Shown: piece after piece, positions 1 to 9,138 of the stretch
Numbering within the stretch: the stretch's first letter is position 1
Layout of the letters: every line of letters begins with the position of its first letter
Assembly: GCA_938038205.1 (NCBI GenBank)
Contig: CALHSA010000002.1
Coordinates: forward strand, 1 to 63,133
Direction: 5' to 3'
Source: an uncultured bacterium
Lineage (GTDB): Bacteria > Bdellovibrionota_C > UBA2361 > JANWWW01
Length of the DNA stretch: 63,133 nucleotides
Notes under the pieces: generated by a model
Database searches by the model: none
Told to the model about the DNA's origin: nothing
The model's input: only the letters and a program-made list of their open reading frames with translations
Position numbers and translations under genes: made by a program

Positions 1-75
1 GATTCGTTAAAAGAACTGTTCTCGGATAAAACTGGGACTTATAGAATAGTGGATGGAAAAATTATTGAGGAGTAA
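1..75 (+). CDS. 3' end of a CDS truncated by the window edge (...DSLKELFSDKTGTYRIVDGKIIEE*)
   Basis: Frame 1 is open from base 1 to TAA at 73-75. Too short to identify. Confidence 0.45.
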   Translation, partial: DSLKELFSDKTGTYRIVDGKIIEE

Positions 76-155
76 ATTTAACTAAAAAGTGTTTTAGGCA
101 CTTTACTAAAGATTTTTAATTTTTAAAATATTATTCTGGAAAATAAAATAAGTTT

Positions 156-698
156 ATGCTTGTAAATAGCTTAAATCCTGATAAACATTCACCTGATATC
201 ACAATTAATACTGAGTTTGTTGAGGTAAAAATATTTGAAAGTTTAGATGAATTCTTGATTGGGCTACCATATGCTTTTTTTAACGCAGAGAGACCAATAT
301 TATTAATTTTTAAACATAATAAAGATTTTCAATCAGAGACACTGGAATCAATTTCTCAACAGAGTATAGAAGAATATTTATTTATTGCTTATGAATTTGA
401 GGGAAATATTGTTTTTATTTTAGTAAATCCTAATGTCATTAAATATTATGAGGATATAAATACTCTGGTTTTAGAGACGCTTACGGCATATGGCTTGGGT
501 GAGGATGAAATGCACAACGTAAAAAGCCTTGGAGGAGGGCATGTAACATTAAAGATAGGTGATAAGGGGGCAGAACTATCATTCTTAGAAGAGTATCCTC
601 ATGGAGTAGGCTTAGATTTTCAAACAATTACAGATTATTGGCCCTCATCAATGCAGGTCAATAATTTAAGTAGCTTTAAGTTACTTGCTGACTTTTGA
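156..698 (+). CDS. Hypothetical acidic protein, 180 aa (C-terminal half weakly Janus/Ocnus-like)
   Basis: Clean ATG ORF with protein-like composition; YYEDI...SLGGGHV segment. Confidence 0.7.
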   Translation: MLVNSLNPDKHSPDITINTEFVEVKIFESLDEFLIGLPYAFFNAERPILLIFKHNKDFQSETLESISQQSIEEYLFIAYEFEGNIVFILVNPNVIKYYEDINTLVLETLTAYGLGEDEMHNVKSLGGGHVTLKIGDKGAELSFLEEYPHGVGLDFQTITDYWPSSMQVNNLSSFKLLADF

Positions 699-1160
699 AA
701 AATTTAAATTTTTTCTAACAGTTACATTAGCTGAGACGTTTAATTTATATCTTTGAGAAAACACTAGGCTATTAATCCCGATTAAACATTGAAAATTAGT
801 TTTATAAAAAGTAATTTAATTTTGAGTTTATTGGTGCTTTAAAAATACCTTTTTTGTTGAGTTTGCTTTTTTATTTTACTTACTTGCTGAATCATAAAAT
901 TTTTAAACCTTTACCTCCCACATTCTTAGGTTAGTAGGTATATTTAGGTCGTTTGCTTTTTAGGTTGACAAAAATTTTATCAAGCCTAGGTAAAGAACCT
1001 TTAACTTTTGTTTTCCGGTATAATTTTGTCGGAAGACTGAGCTAGTTGTGTGTAATTTTCTCTCTGTAAGAGGGTTTTTGGGATTTATAAGCATATTAGG
1101 CCACTAAATTCTAAAATTTAAAGAAAAACCTAAACTTTAAACTTAATCATATCATAGCTA

Positions 1161-1196
1161 AAAACTGTACTAGAATTTAAGTTCTAGTACAGTTTT
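1161..1196. repeat. 36-bp palindrome (15-bp perfect arms, 6-bp spacer)
   Basis: aaaactgtactagaa-tttaag-ttctagtacagtttt; the arms are exact reverse complements. Confidence 0.9.
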
Positions 1197-1714
1197 CTAA
1201 AATGGATTTTTGTTTTAAATTAGGTGCCTAATCCTATTTTTTATGAGAATTTCTAGGAAACGATCATAATTTAAAAAAGCTAAATTAAGTACAATGAAAT
1301 CCTTTTACCTTGTTGAACATAAAGAATAACGCACATTCTTACTCTTTTGCCGTTTTAATAGATCTGCAGAATTTATCCTGCCTTAGTTAGTTTACACTGG
1401 TTTAAAATATTTTACATAAATTTAAACAATCTAAACATAGGCTAGAAAACTTTTAACCTTAAAACAGTTAAAATCAAATCTTTTTTATAATTGTAAAAAT
1501 TTATTTAAAAAATCTTACTATTTACAAGGTAAAACACCGATCTTTTTATTTAAACACTCTTAAATGGCAAATTCTAGATACTATAATTATCTAAGAGCCG
1601 ATATTCGGAGATTTACAGATTACTTATAAATTTAGTAGCAAACTTAAAGATTTATAGAAGTTTGGAATCTATTAAAGTTAACCCAAAGCCTGATAGCTCG
1701 ATTACTAAGTCAGT

Positions 1715-2380
1715 ATGAATGAGTTTAAATCTATTCAGAATTGTTGTAATTATTGGTCTACGGGCATACACGAGTTTGATCCTATCTGGGAAAACTCTGC
1801 ACGTAGTCCATTCTCTCAACCGAGGTGGTTTTCGCCACTTCAACCTGATCTTCGATTAAACTTTTATGCAACTAACTTAGGGTTTATACATTCATTATAT
1901 GAGAGGGTAATCACCACTCTAAGTCGAGTTATTGACTCATTGGTTAATTACATTAAGGAGCTTGGATTGGGTAAAAGGTTGGAGATGCCAAGGGTTGAAC
2001 CCAAAGTAATTAACTCACCCTCAATAGATCAAATAGAAAGTGGTGTTAATGAAACTGAGGGTTCTATGCCCGAGCTTGCTCATCAGTGCCCAGCAACACA
2101 ATCTCCAACACCAAGCGTTGAAAAAAAAGTTGAGTCAAAAAGTTTAATCGAAGAGATTCTTCAAGAGTTCTTCTCAGCTATTGAGAAGAAAACAAAAAAA
2201 GGAATAAAAAATAAGCTTAAAAAAATAGCCAAAAACACATTTAAAGGGATAACCAACAATATCTTTAAAACTGCAACAAAATTTCTGTCAAAAATAAAGT
2301 CGTTACTCTCTCCAAGCACTTTTAGCTGGGTAAGAGACGTTTTGTTTGATACCATCTCAAAAAAAGTAGCAAATAAATAA
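1715..2380 (+). CDS. Hypothetical protein, 221 aa, with Pro/Ser/Glu linker and cationic amphipathic C-terminus
   Basis: ATG ORF followed directly by a strong terminator; no recognisable family motif. Confidence 0.75.
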   Translation: MNEFKSIQNCCNYWSTGIHEFDPIWENSARSPFSQPRWFSPLQPDLRLNFYATNLGFIHSLYERVITTLSRVIDSLVNYIKELGLGKRLEMPRVEPKVINSPSIDQIESGVNETEGSMPELAHQCPATQSPTPSVEKKVESKSLIEEILQEFFSAIEKKTKKGIKNKLKKIAKNTFKGITNNIFKTATKFLSKIKSLLSPSTFSWVRDVLFDTISKKVANK

Positions 2381-2401
2381 TACTTATCTATTTGCTACAC
2401 A

Positions 2402-2435
2402 AAAAGCTGGGCTAATTTTAATTAGCCCAGCTTTT
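2402..2435. terminator. Bidirectional intrinsic terminator between convergent ORF1715 and thyX
   Basis: aaaagctgggctaatt-tt-aattagcccagctttt: perfect 16-bp inverted repeat with A/T tails. Confidence 0.9.
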
Positions 2436-3360
2436 ATACTTTTTTAAAATCGGTGGTTAGGGAGTAATGACCATCCTCAAATATTAGGATTCTATAATCT
2501 GAGAAAAAATTTGGTTCTATAGTTTTTAAGCAAGCAAATATTGAGATTGCCAGTCTCCTAATCTCAATATCCGCTGAGGGGTGGGATCTCATCTCTATAA
2601 AGTGTCTCCATGCTCTAAGGTTACCAGTTACAACTATAGGAGCCTCAAGCTCATGAGGCAAACACATTCTAGAGAGCTGATTTATTCTTTTTTTTCTATC
2701 TGTTTTAGCATGAGGCCCCTCCTCCACTTTTAAAAAGCTAAAATCCCCCTCATTGAGGTATTCTTTTAACTCTAAGTAACTCTTATAGGCACGATTTATT
2801 CTCTCAATAAATTTCTGATGCAGAGTATCATCTGTTTGAAATTCATACCTCTCAACAAATCTAAGACTCAGTTCATCAACGTACCTTGTACTTTGCTGAC
2901 TGTAAGCGAATCCAGCCCTATGTCTAATAAATTCATGAGTAGTTGCCCTTGAGATTCCATATAATAGAAAAGAGTAATTTGCATGCTCAAAAACTGAACC
3001 ATGCCCAGATTTTTTTAAGTTTAAAAGGTACTCAGCTACCCTGTTATTGAATGTTCTTTTAGGACCAAAACTGCAATAACAAGTTTGTCCGGCAAACTTA
3101 ACCAAAGCCTCCCCTGAGGTTAAAATTCTTGTATCATCATCTAGGTACCCTAAAAAATCCTCTCCATAACCCTCTAAGTACCCTCTAATATTTTCAATAT
3201 TAGTATTGGGTTTTGAAAGCAAAATTACCCCAGGTGACCTAAGATACCGCACACCTTCATCTGTGAAATAAACAGTCGATTCAATTAATGGCCAACCATT
3301 TAAGTTTGCAACACCTAAATCCTTGCATAGGTTCTCAAACCCTACATCTTTAGTATCCAT
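2434..3360 (-). CDS. thyX: FAD-dependent thymidylate synthase
   Basis: GHGSVFEH, THEFIRHR...SQQSTRY and NLRAWRHFIEMR motifs. Start moved from 3432 to ATG 3360. Confidence 0.95.
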   Translation of the reverse strand: MDTKDVGFENLCKDLGVANLNGWPLIESTVYFTDEGVRYLRSPGVILLSKPNTNIENIRGYLEGYGEDFLGYLDDDTRILTSGEALVKFAGQTCYCSFGPKRTFNNRVAEYLLNLKKSGHGSVFEHANYSFLLYGISRATTHEFIRHRAGFAYSQQSTRYVDELSLRFVERYEFQTDDTLHQKFIERINRAYKSYLELKEYLNEGDFSFLKVEEGPHAKTDRKKRINQLSRMCLPHELEAPIVVTGNLRAWRHFIEMRSHPSADIEIRRLAISIFACLKTIEPNFFSDYRILIFEDGHYSLTTDFKKV

Positions 3361-3383
3361 TGACCTTAAAGTATAAACAAAAT

Positions 3384-3418
3384 TTGTCAAAATTACGTAG
3401 TTTTGACAATTTTTGTCA
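3384..3418. promoter_or_regulatory. Overlapping dyads, probable enhancer for a sigma54 activator (PilR-like) of pilA
   Basis: TTGTCAAAA-ttacgtag-TTTTGACAA (3384-3409) and TGACAA-ttt-TTGTCA (3404-3418), about 90-120 bp upstream of the -24 box. Confidence 0.55.
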
Positions 3419-3504
3419 CTAATTAAAAACAAAAAAACTAAAAAAAGTACTTATATATTAAAAATACGACTAAAAGTACATTATCCAAACACCAATAAGC
3501 TGTA

Positions 3505-3520
3505 TGGCATAATACTTGCT
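3505..3520 (+). promoter_or_regulatory. Sigma54 (-24/-12) promoter of pilA
   Basis: TGGCATAATACTTGCT has exact GG-N10-GC spacing; followed by SD GGAGG at 3533 and ATG 3544. Confidence 0.85.
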
Positions 3521-3543
3521 ATGAATTTTTGCGGAGGTTAAAA

Positions 3544-3951
3544 ATGCCAGTGAAGAAAAAGAAGAAAAAAAATACAAAAAAAGGGTTTACATTAATTGAG
3601 CTACTAGTAGTAGTTGCCATTGTTGGAATTCTAGCAGCAATTGCTATTCCTCAGTTTCAAAGATATAGAGAAAGGGCTTTCGATGCTCGAGCTCAATCTG
3701 ATTTGCGAAATTTAATGACTGCCCAGGAGGCGTACTTTGTTGATAACGAATCCTACACATCGACTTTGAATGACTTAGCAAACTTTGGCTTTAGACCAAG
3801 CAGTGGCGTTACAGTGACCATAACATCTGCAGACGGATCATCCTGGTCGGCTTATGCTGAGCATCCCTCAGGAACAAGACGATTCTGCTACAATTCTGAG
3901 GGTGCATCCAATGGAATTGTCTCCGTTGCACGTGGCACAGATTGCCCTTAA
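3544..3951 (+). CDS. pilA: Type IVa major pilin
   Basis: Basic leader, then G|[24 protein letters not shown] prepilin motif; C-terminal Cys pair. Confidence 0.92.
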   Translation: MPVKKKKKKNTKKGFTLIELLVVVAIVGILAAIAIPQFQRYRERAFDARAQSDLRNLMTAQEAYFVDNESYTSTLNDLANFGFRPSSGVTVTITSADGSSWSAYAEHPSGTRRFCYNSEGASNGIVSVARGTDCP

Positions 3952-3958
3952 TGTAGAA

Positions 3959-6586
3959 TTAGGTTTGATATAAGGTTAGTGGTCCCGGGTTTTCCCCGCC
4001 CGGGACTTTTTTTATTTTTAAAACCAAACGGTTTTTACTTTCTTCAAACCAAGCTCTACTAGTAAAAGTAGCGATTTTAGCAATTAATAATCTCTTTAAA
4101 AGGTAATTTCCTGATAACTTTATATTCTTTCTTAAGTTGTATTTTTTATCTCTAAGCTTAATCAGAGCGAGTAACTTCAAAATTTTTAGTTTAAGTTTTA
4201 AGATTTTAGTTTTTATATAACCTTCATCGATGTTGAAGTAGTAACGAAGTTTAAATTTACCCTTTGGTTTTAAAAGAAAATGTATAATTAACCAAATCAT
4301 TACAGCGATATTTCTTACTGTTCGCTGAAACACTAAGTTAAATATCGTAGAATCTTTTCTTCGATATTTAAACTTTTTCACTAAATTAAGGGCTATTTTT
4401 TTTAATCCAATCTTGATAACTTGATTCACTGTTGTTTGATTTCGGAACCAAAAGTTTTTTACTGTACTTAGAGTTTTATTTTTAATCTTTAGTGAATATT
4501 TAATTATAATTCTTGATTTTAATAATTCTCTTATATAGCTAGTAGAGTTTTTTACGATTGATTTTAATGATTCCCTTACATTGTAATACTTACAGTCGCG
4601 TTTATGTTTAGTTAGTCCTTCCCTTTTGTTTAAAAGTAATTTAACTCGCAAATAAAATTTCAGTTGATTCAGTCTAATTGACTTTAATATTATCATCAAT
4701 CTCTTGTGGATGAAGGTCTTAATTGAGTGAGTTCCTCTTATTTGGAGATCTCTTATAAGTGAAAGAGTGTTAAATCTTGTTTTAAGTGTTAATAATTTCA
4801 GTAGCGGATTCCTATTATTTTTTAATCTAGCATAAGATTTGGAGAGTGAACCATTAAATGAGGGTGAAAAAATAACTCTGTGTAACTTTCGTAATATATC
4901 ATGGAGCCTATAAAAAATTTTTGTATCAGAGATAAGCTGTTTTACATAAGTTCCTTTAAAAGCTAAGACTTCATTTAAATTAAATTTCACAAGTGGGGGA
5001 GTTCGATTTGGTATCAGTGATTTAATCACCGGATTTCTCTTTTCGCCATAACTTTTTTTGATTGGTAATTTAAAATTAAATGAAACTGCACTATTTTTGT
5101 GTCTGTCTAACGTACCCTCCCCTTTCTCAAGCTTTAAAGTTTTAAGATTTGTATTGGGTTTATTATGTGCACCTTTGTATTTTTTTAATCTAACTATCGA
5201 TCCCTCGGAAAAAAACTTATTTTTGTTGCTCTTTTCTGAATACTTGTCTAAAGTATTCGGCTTTATCTTTCTTGGTTCCTGATATTTGGAATTGGGAGAG
5301 AATATAACATATAGTTTTTTATTTGAGGGGTTTACAGTAGTAAATAAAGGATTTCCGAGAACCAAATTAGTTCTTTCTGTTAGTTCTTTAACCCTTAACT
5401 TATAAGTTTGGTCTTGAGACCTTACGCTTTTATTTGGAGCTGATTTGCTATGTAAGTTAGGAGTTGAGTTATGATTTTTATGTGCATTTTCAAATCCTTT
5501 TAAACTATATTTTGTAATCACTCCCTGGTTGTCGGAGATATTCAGTGTTTCAGGATTAGAATTTAGTATAAAATTGGAACTTTCAATCCGATTCCTTAGA
5601 GGCTGTAATAAGGTATCTAAAGAGCCTTCCCTAGAGAGAGTCAAAAGATTGTGATCTAGTAAAAGAGAAGATTCGAGTGTTTCAATATCGTTGAATATAT
5701 TGTACCTCTGAGGCTTATTTTTTTGAGACTGAAACAACGTGTTTGAAGGCTTTTCCTTTAAAGGTTTAAGATACTTATTTTTATTTCTATTTGCCGTATG
5801 TATTAAGTGCATGGTTAATTTCGGTGGTTTTTGTGCAGGATCTGATTTTGTGCTAGCAATCTCAGTATAATGTTTATTTTCACTTTTATAAAAAAGCGTG
5901 CTTATTTGATCCCTATCAGTAGAGAAAAGAAATCTCTCAGGGAATGATTTAAAATGTTCCCTTATTAACACGTAAAACCTTAACATGTTCATTAAATATG
6001 TGTAAGCCGAGGGTTTCTCTTCAAAGATTGATGACCAAAACCTTTCCTCGGAGCTTATCTTTTTTTGTAGTTGTTCGCCACTCTCACAGCCTATTAATTT
6101 TCTGAAAAAATTCTGTGGAGTTATTCCGCTTAATTTTAGTATACCATCCTCTGAGGCTTTAAAGTATTTTAAAAACTCCTCTAATCTGACTTTGTTCTTG
6201 ATGTTTATTGGAATACACGTAACATCTACACGATCCCCGTTTCTTTGAAATAAATAAGCAACAAGAATTTTACTATTAGGGGTACGATTACCATCAGGTG
6301 TTGAGATTATACAGCAAACTCCTTCTTCTCCAGCTATTAAAAGTTCTTCTAAGCGAAGATACTTTTTCTGAAGGTTTTCTTCACAATGAGCCACTAAATT
6401 CCTAAATTCAAAACCGTTACACATTAAAGTGGATTTACCATTCTCTTCTGGCACTATCTCATAACTAAAAGTAGTAGGTTTGTTAGACACTTCTCGTAGA
6501 AAACCAACAAAGAAAGCTGCGATAGTTTTGGATCCTAGATGTATATCTTTAGTTGGATTAGTACAATGAGTTATGGAGCTCACCAA
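3959..6586 (-). CDS. Large hypothetical protein, 875 aa, with very basic Lys/Leu/Ile-rich C-terminal half
   Basis: 875 stop-free codons in AT-rich DNA; start overlaps the sppA stop; no family motif. Confidence 0.7.
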   Translation of the reverse strand: MVSSITHCTNPTKDIHLGSKTIAAFFVGFLREVSNKPTTFSYEIVPEENGKSTLMCNGFEFRNLVAHCEENLQKKYLRLEELLIAGEEGVCCIISTPDGNRTPNSKILVAYLFQRNGDRVDVTCIPINIKNKVRLEEFLKYFKASEDGILKLSGITPQNFFRKLIGCESGEQLQKKISSEERFWSSIFEEKPSAYTYLMNMLRFYVLIREHFKSFPERFLFSTDRDQISTLFYKSENKHYTEIASTKSDPAQKPPKLTMHLIHTANRNKNKYLKPLKEKPSNTLFQSQKNKPQRYNIFNDIETLESSLLLDHNLLTLSREGSLDTLLQPLRNRIESSNFILNSNPETLNISDNQGVITKYSLKGFENAHKNHNSTPNLHSKSAPNKSVRSQDQTYKLRVKELTERTNLVLGNPLFTTVNPSNKKLYVIFSPNSKYQEPRKIKPNTLDKYSEKSNKNKFFSEGSIVRLKKYKGAHNKPNTNLKTLKLEKGEGTLDRHKNSAVSFNFKLPIKKSYGEKRNPVIKSLIPNRTPPLVKFNLNEVLAFKGTYVKQLISDTKIFYRLHDILRKLHRVIFSPSFNGSLSKSYARLKNNRNPLLKLLTLKTRFNTLSLIRDLQIRGTHSIKTFIHKRLMIILKSIRLNQLKFYLRVKLLLNKREGLTKHKRDCKYYNVRESLKSIVKNSTSYIRELLKSRIIIKYSLKIKNKTLSTVKNFWFRNQTTVNQVIKIGLKKIALNLVKKFKYRRKDSTIFNLVFQRTVRNIAVMIWLIIHFLLKPKGKFKLRYYFNIDEGYIKTKILKLKLKILKLLALIKLRDKKYNLRKNIKLSGNYLLKRLLIAKIATFTSRAWFEESKNRLVLKIKKVPGGENPGPLTLYQT
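3982..4013 (+). terminator. Intrinsic terminator of pilA
   Basis: gtcccggg-ttttccccg-cccgggac followed by T7. Confidence 0.88.
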
Positions 6587-7443
6587 GCATAATATTGTAA
6601 AAGCCTACTAGATAGAAAATCATTAAAACTTATACCTAAAATCTCTTTAATAAATTCAGTGTAATCTTTCGGAATTACCAACAACGGATCTTTGCCAGTA
6701 ATTCCGGCTAATTCTAGGGATGCTTTTGCTGCCTTAAAAATATCACCAAAATCATCTATAAGCCCATACTCAAGGGCTTCTTGACCAGTTAAAAACCTAC
6801 CATCTGCAAACCTTCCTACTTGATCCTCGGATAAACCTCGAGCAAGCGCGATATCTTGAATAAATTGTTTGTGTATTTTTCCTGTGGCCTCTTTCAAAAA
6901 TTCTCTTTCTTTGTCACTTAGTGGTCTGAAAATATTACCTACATCCTTTAAATCGCCACTTTTTACCGTTTCAAATTTTATTCCAACTTTATTAGTTAAG
7001 TCTGACAAATCAGGTATCTGCATAATAACACCTATGGAACCTGTTATCGTTCCAGGTTGTGCAAATACTTTTTTTCCGGCTACTGCAACGTATAATCCTC
7101 CCGATGCTGCAATCGAACCCATACTTGATACAATAGGTTTTTCCTTAATGGATCTTATGAAAGAGAATAATTCCTGGCTAGGGCCTACGGCACCACCTGG
7201 GGAGTCAATCCTGATTACAATAGATTTTATCGATTCATCTCTTAAAAACTGCCTAATTCTACGAATAGAGTCAAGGGAGTCAATAATTGGCCCTACTATT
7301 CTTACTACACCAACTTTTTGGTAATTAGTAAGCAACTGATCTTCTTTGAATTTTATAAATTTCTCAGCAACTAATCCCAATAAAATCACTAAAACTAAGA
7401 TAGTTAAAATTTTTAATACCCACAGAAAAAATGATTTAATCAT
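6580..7443 (-). CDS. sppA: Signal peptide peptidase SppA (S49, short form)
   Basis: N-terminal TM; RIDSPGG, AASGGLY, TGSIGV, KSG-x-KD motifs. Confidence 0.93.
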   Translation of the reverse strand: MIKSFFLWVLKILTILVLVILLGLVAEKFIKFKEDQLLTNYQKVGVVRIVGPIIDSLDSIRRIRQFLRDESIKSIVIRIDSPGGAVGPSQELFSFIRSIKEKPIVSSMGSIAASGGLYVAVAGKKVFAQPGTITGSIGVIMQIPDLSDLTNKVGIKFETVKSGDLKDVGNIFRPLSDKEREFLKEATGKIHKQFIQDIALARGLSEDQVGRFADGRFLTGQEALEYGLIDDFGDIFKAAKASLELAGITGKDPLLVIPKDYTEFIKEILGISFNDFLSSRLLQYYAW

Positions 7444-7448
7444 GGTAA

Positions 7449-8456
7449 TTAGTTTAACAATTTCAAGTATAAATCGCTAAATGGAAATTTTGAAAGGTTT
7501 CTTAAACCATAAGTCCCATCAGGTGGTGCGTCTTCGGTGTAAGTATATATGTATATCACTTCCAAGTTTCTCAAATTTTCCACTAAAAATGGCCATACTC
7601 TCTCACCATACTCTAGCTGCTTGTTAATACCTCTTGCGCCAGATTCAGTCACTAATATGGGCTTTCTAACTCTTGATAGAACATCCTTTATGCCACCTTT
7701 TACAAAAAATTTTTCAAACTGACTCCCGTAAATATGAACTGCCCATTTGTCAACCAATCGATGAGCACCAAGAGATATTAGATCTTTGTTATATTCCAAA
7801 GCGTTATTGCTGTTTTGATTAATAGCTGTAGTTGCCGCATTCACCAAAGCTTTATTCACTCTTTTTGAGTTAAAAAGGTCTCTTGAATACGCAAGCAACT
7901 CATAGTAGTTGGAAGGAGATTTGAAGCCCATTACTGCATTTTCCGTCAGAGACTTATCGTTTGGCTCATTCCAAACTTGGACTGCCTTTATCAAATGAGC
8001 TTTTTTTACATACTCAAGTAGTGGATCTAACCAATACGTAATAAATGATACCCTTGGATTGTCCTGAATCCAATTTTTCCTGTCACTCATCCATGAAGGT
8101 AACCCCGTTGTAACTAAAATTATGTCCACATTTTCTGGTATCTCACTAAGTATCGAATCTAAAAAAGTGAAATTAGGACTAACCTTTGGACTTGGATGTG
8201 ATTTATCATCCCACCTAAGTAAAACTCTGATCTTTTTAAATTTTAAGTTTTTAGTAACATCATCTGCTTGATTTTTTATTGTTCCAAACCTGCTATCATT
8301 AAAAAACGCATTAATACCAAGCTTACTCCGCGGTAACTCCTTTCTTGGAGGATCTTTAAGTACACTCTCAATTTTTTCTTTATCCAAACACGCCCCAAAA
8401 ACAAGCAGGATCAGAGTAAAAACTAGTAAATGAATACTAGAGCTTAATTTTGTCAT
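7449..8456 (-). CDS. Lipoprotein glycoside hydrolase, clan GH-A (GH5/GH39-like)
   Basis: Lipobox FGAC; WNEP acid/base, VHIY and VTESG nucleophile motifs. Confidence 0.75.
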   Translation of the reverse strand: MTKLSSSIHLLVFTLILLVFGACLDKEKIESVLKDPPRKELPRSKLGINAFFNDSRFGTIKNQADDVTKNLKFKKIRVLLRWDDKSHPSPKVSPNFTFLDSILSEIPENVDIILVTTGLPSWMSDRKNWIQDNPRVSFITYWLDPLLEYVKKAHLIKAVQVWNEPNDKSLTENAVMGFKSPSNYYELLAYSRDLFNSKRVNKALVNAATTAINQNSNNALEYNKDLISLGAHRLVDKWAVHIYGSQFEKFFVKGGIKDVLSRVRKPILVTESGARGINKQLEYGERVWPFLVENLRNLEVIYIYTYTEDAPPDGTYGLRNLSKFPFSDLYLKLLN

Positions 8457-8503
8457 TATTATTACCCCCCCAGAGATTTAGTAATTTACTTTTAGTCTAA
8501 AAA

Positions 8504-9106
8504 TCACTCAACTTGCGTTGAGGGGCTTTCGCCCTCAGATTCTTCTTCGGTTTCTTTGACTACTGATACTAAGGGATCATCCAGATTCTCCCTATGCTCT
8601 ATACCTTCAGGAAGTTTAACATCTCCAACATGTAAAGAGTCTCCTACATCGAGATCTGAAACATCAACCAGAATTTCATCTGGAATGTTTAATGGTGAAC
8701 ATTTAACAAGTAATTCGTGTTTCACTATGCTTAATACCCCCCCAGAGTTTTTAACGCCTATTGCGTCTCCTACGAATCTAAGCGGAACTTCTACCTCAAT
8801 TTTATCAGATTCCAGTACAATTTGTAGATCAAAATGTAGCGGAGTTCGTGTAACGTAGTCCATTTGCACTTCTTTGACTAAGGCTAATTTTCCGTTTAAC
8901 TCTTCAATATCAGTTTCAATTTGAAATATTTGGGCGGTGGTGGTTTTTTTAAAAAGATTAATAATATAGTCATTTTTTGCTTGTATTAACCAATTTTGAC
9001 CATTACGATACGCAATGCCCGGAATGAAATTAGAGCGCCTTAGTCTTCCACAATCTTTGCTACCTGTTAAATTCCTTGCCTGCAGTTTTAACGGAATAAG
9101 CTTCAT
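8504..9106 (-). CDS. rplY: 50S ribosomal protein bL25/Ctc
   Basis: RLRR..IPG..Y, KEVQ.D....PLHFDL, GVKNSGG, DVSDLDVGDSLHV. Confidence 0.95.
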   Translation of the reverse strand: MKLIPLKLQARNLTGSKDCGRLRRSNFIPGIAYRNGQNWLIQAKNDYIINLFKKTTTAQIFQIETDIEELNGKLALVKEVQMDYVTRTPLHFDLQIVLESDKIEVEVPLRFVGDAIGVKNSGGVLSIVKHELLVKCSPLNIPDEILVDVSDLDVGDSLHVGDVKLPEGIEHRENLDDPLVSVVKETEEESEGESPSTQVE

Positions 9107-9138
9107 CCTGGGTATTTTAAACTAACCCTGTTACTTTT

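Noticed and set aside
1222-1251. ggtgcctaatcctattttttatgagaat resembles an E. coli-type dif site
   Set aside because: The left arm lacks the ATAA needed 6 bp before TTATG and the right arm diverges; the spacing does not fit.
1578-1604. GCCGATAT as a sigma28 -10 box upstream of ORF1715
   Set aside because: No TAAA -35 element at the required spacing.
700-1714. CRISPR array or classical structured RNA (6S, SRP, RNase P, tmRNA) in the desert
   Set aside because: No regularly spaced repeats; it lacks the GC enrichment seen in this genome's tRNAs and any conserved motif I recognise.
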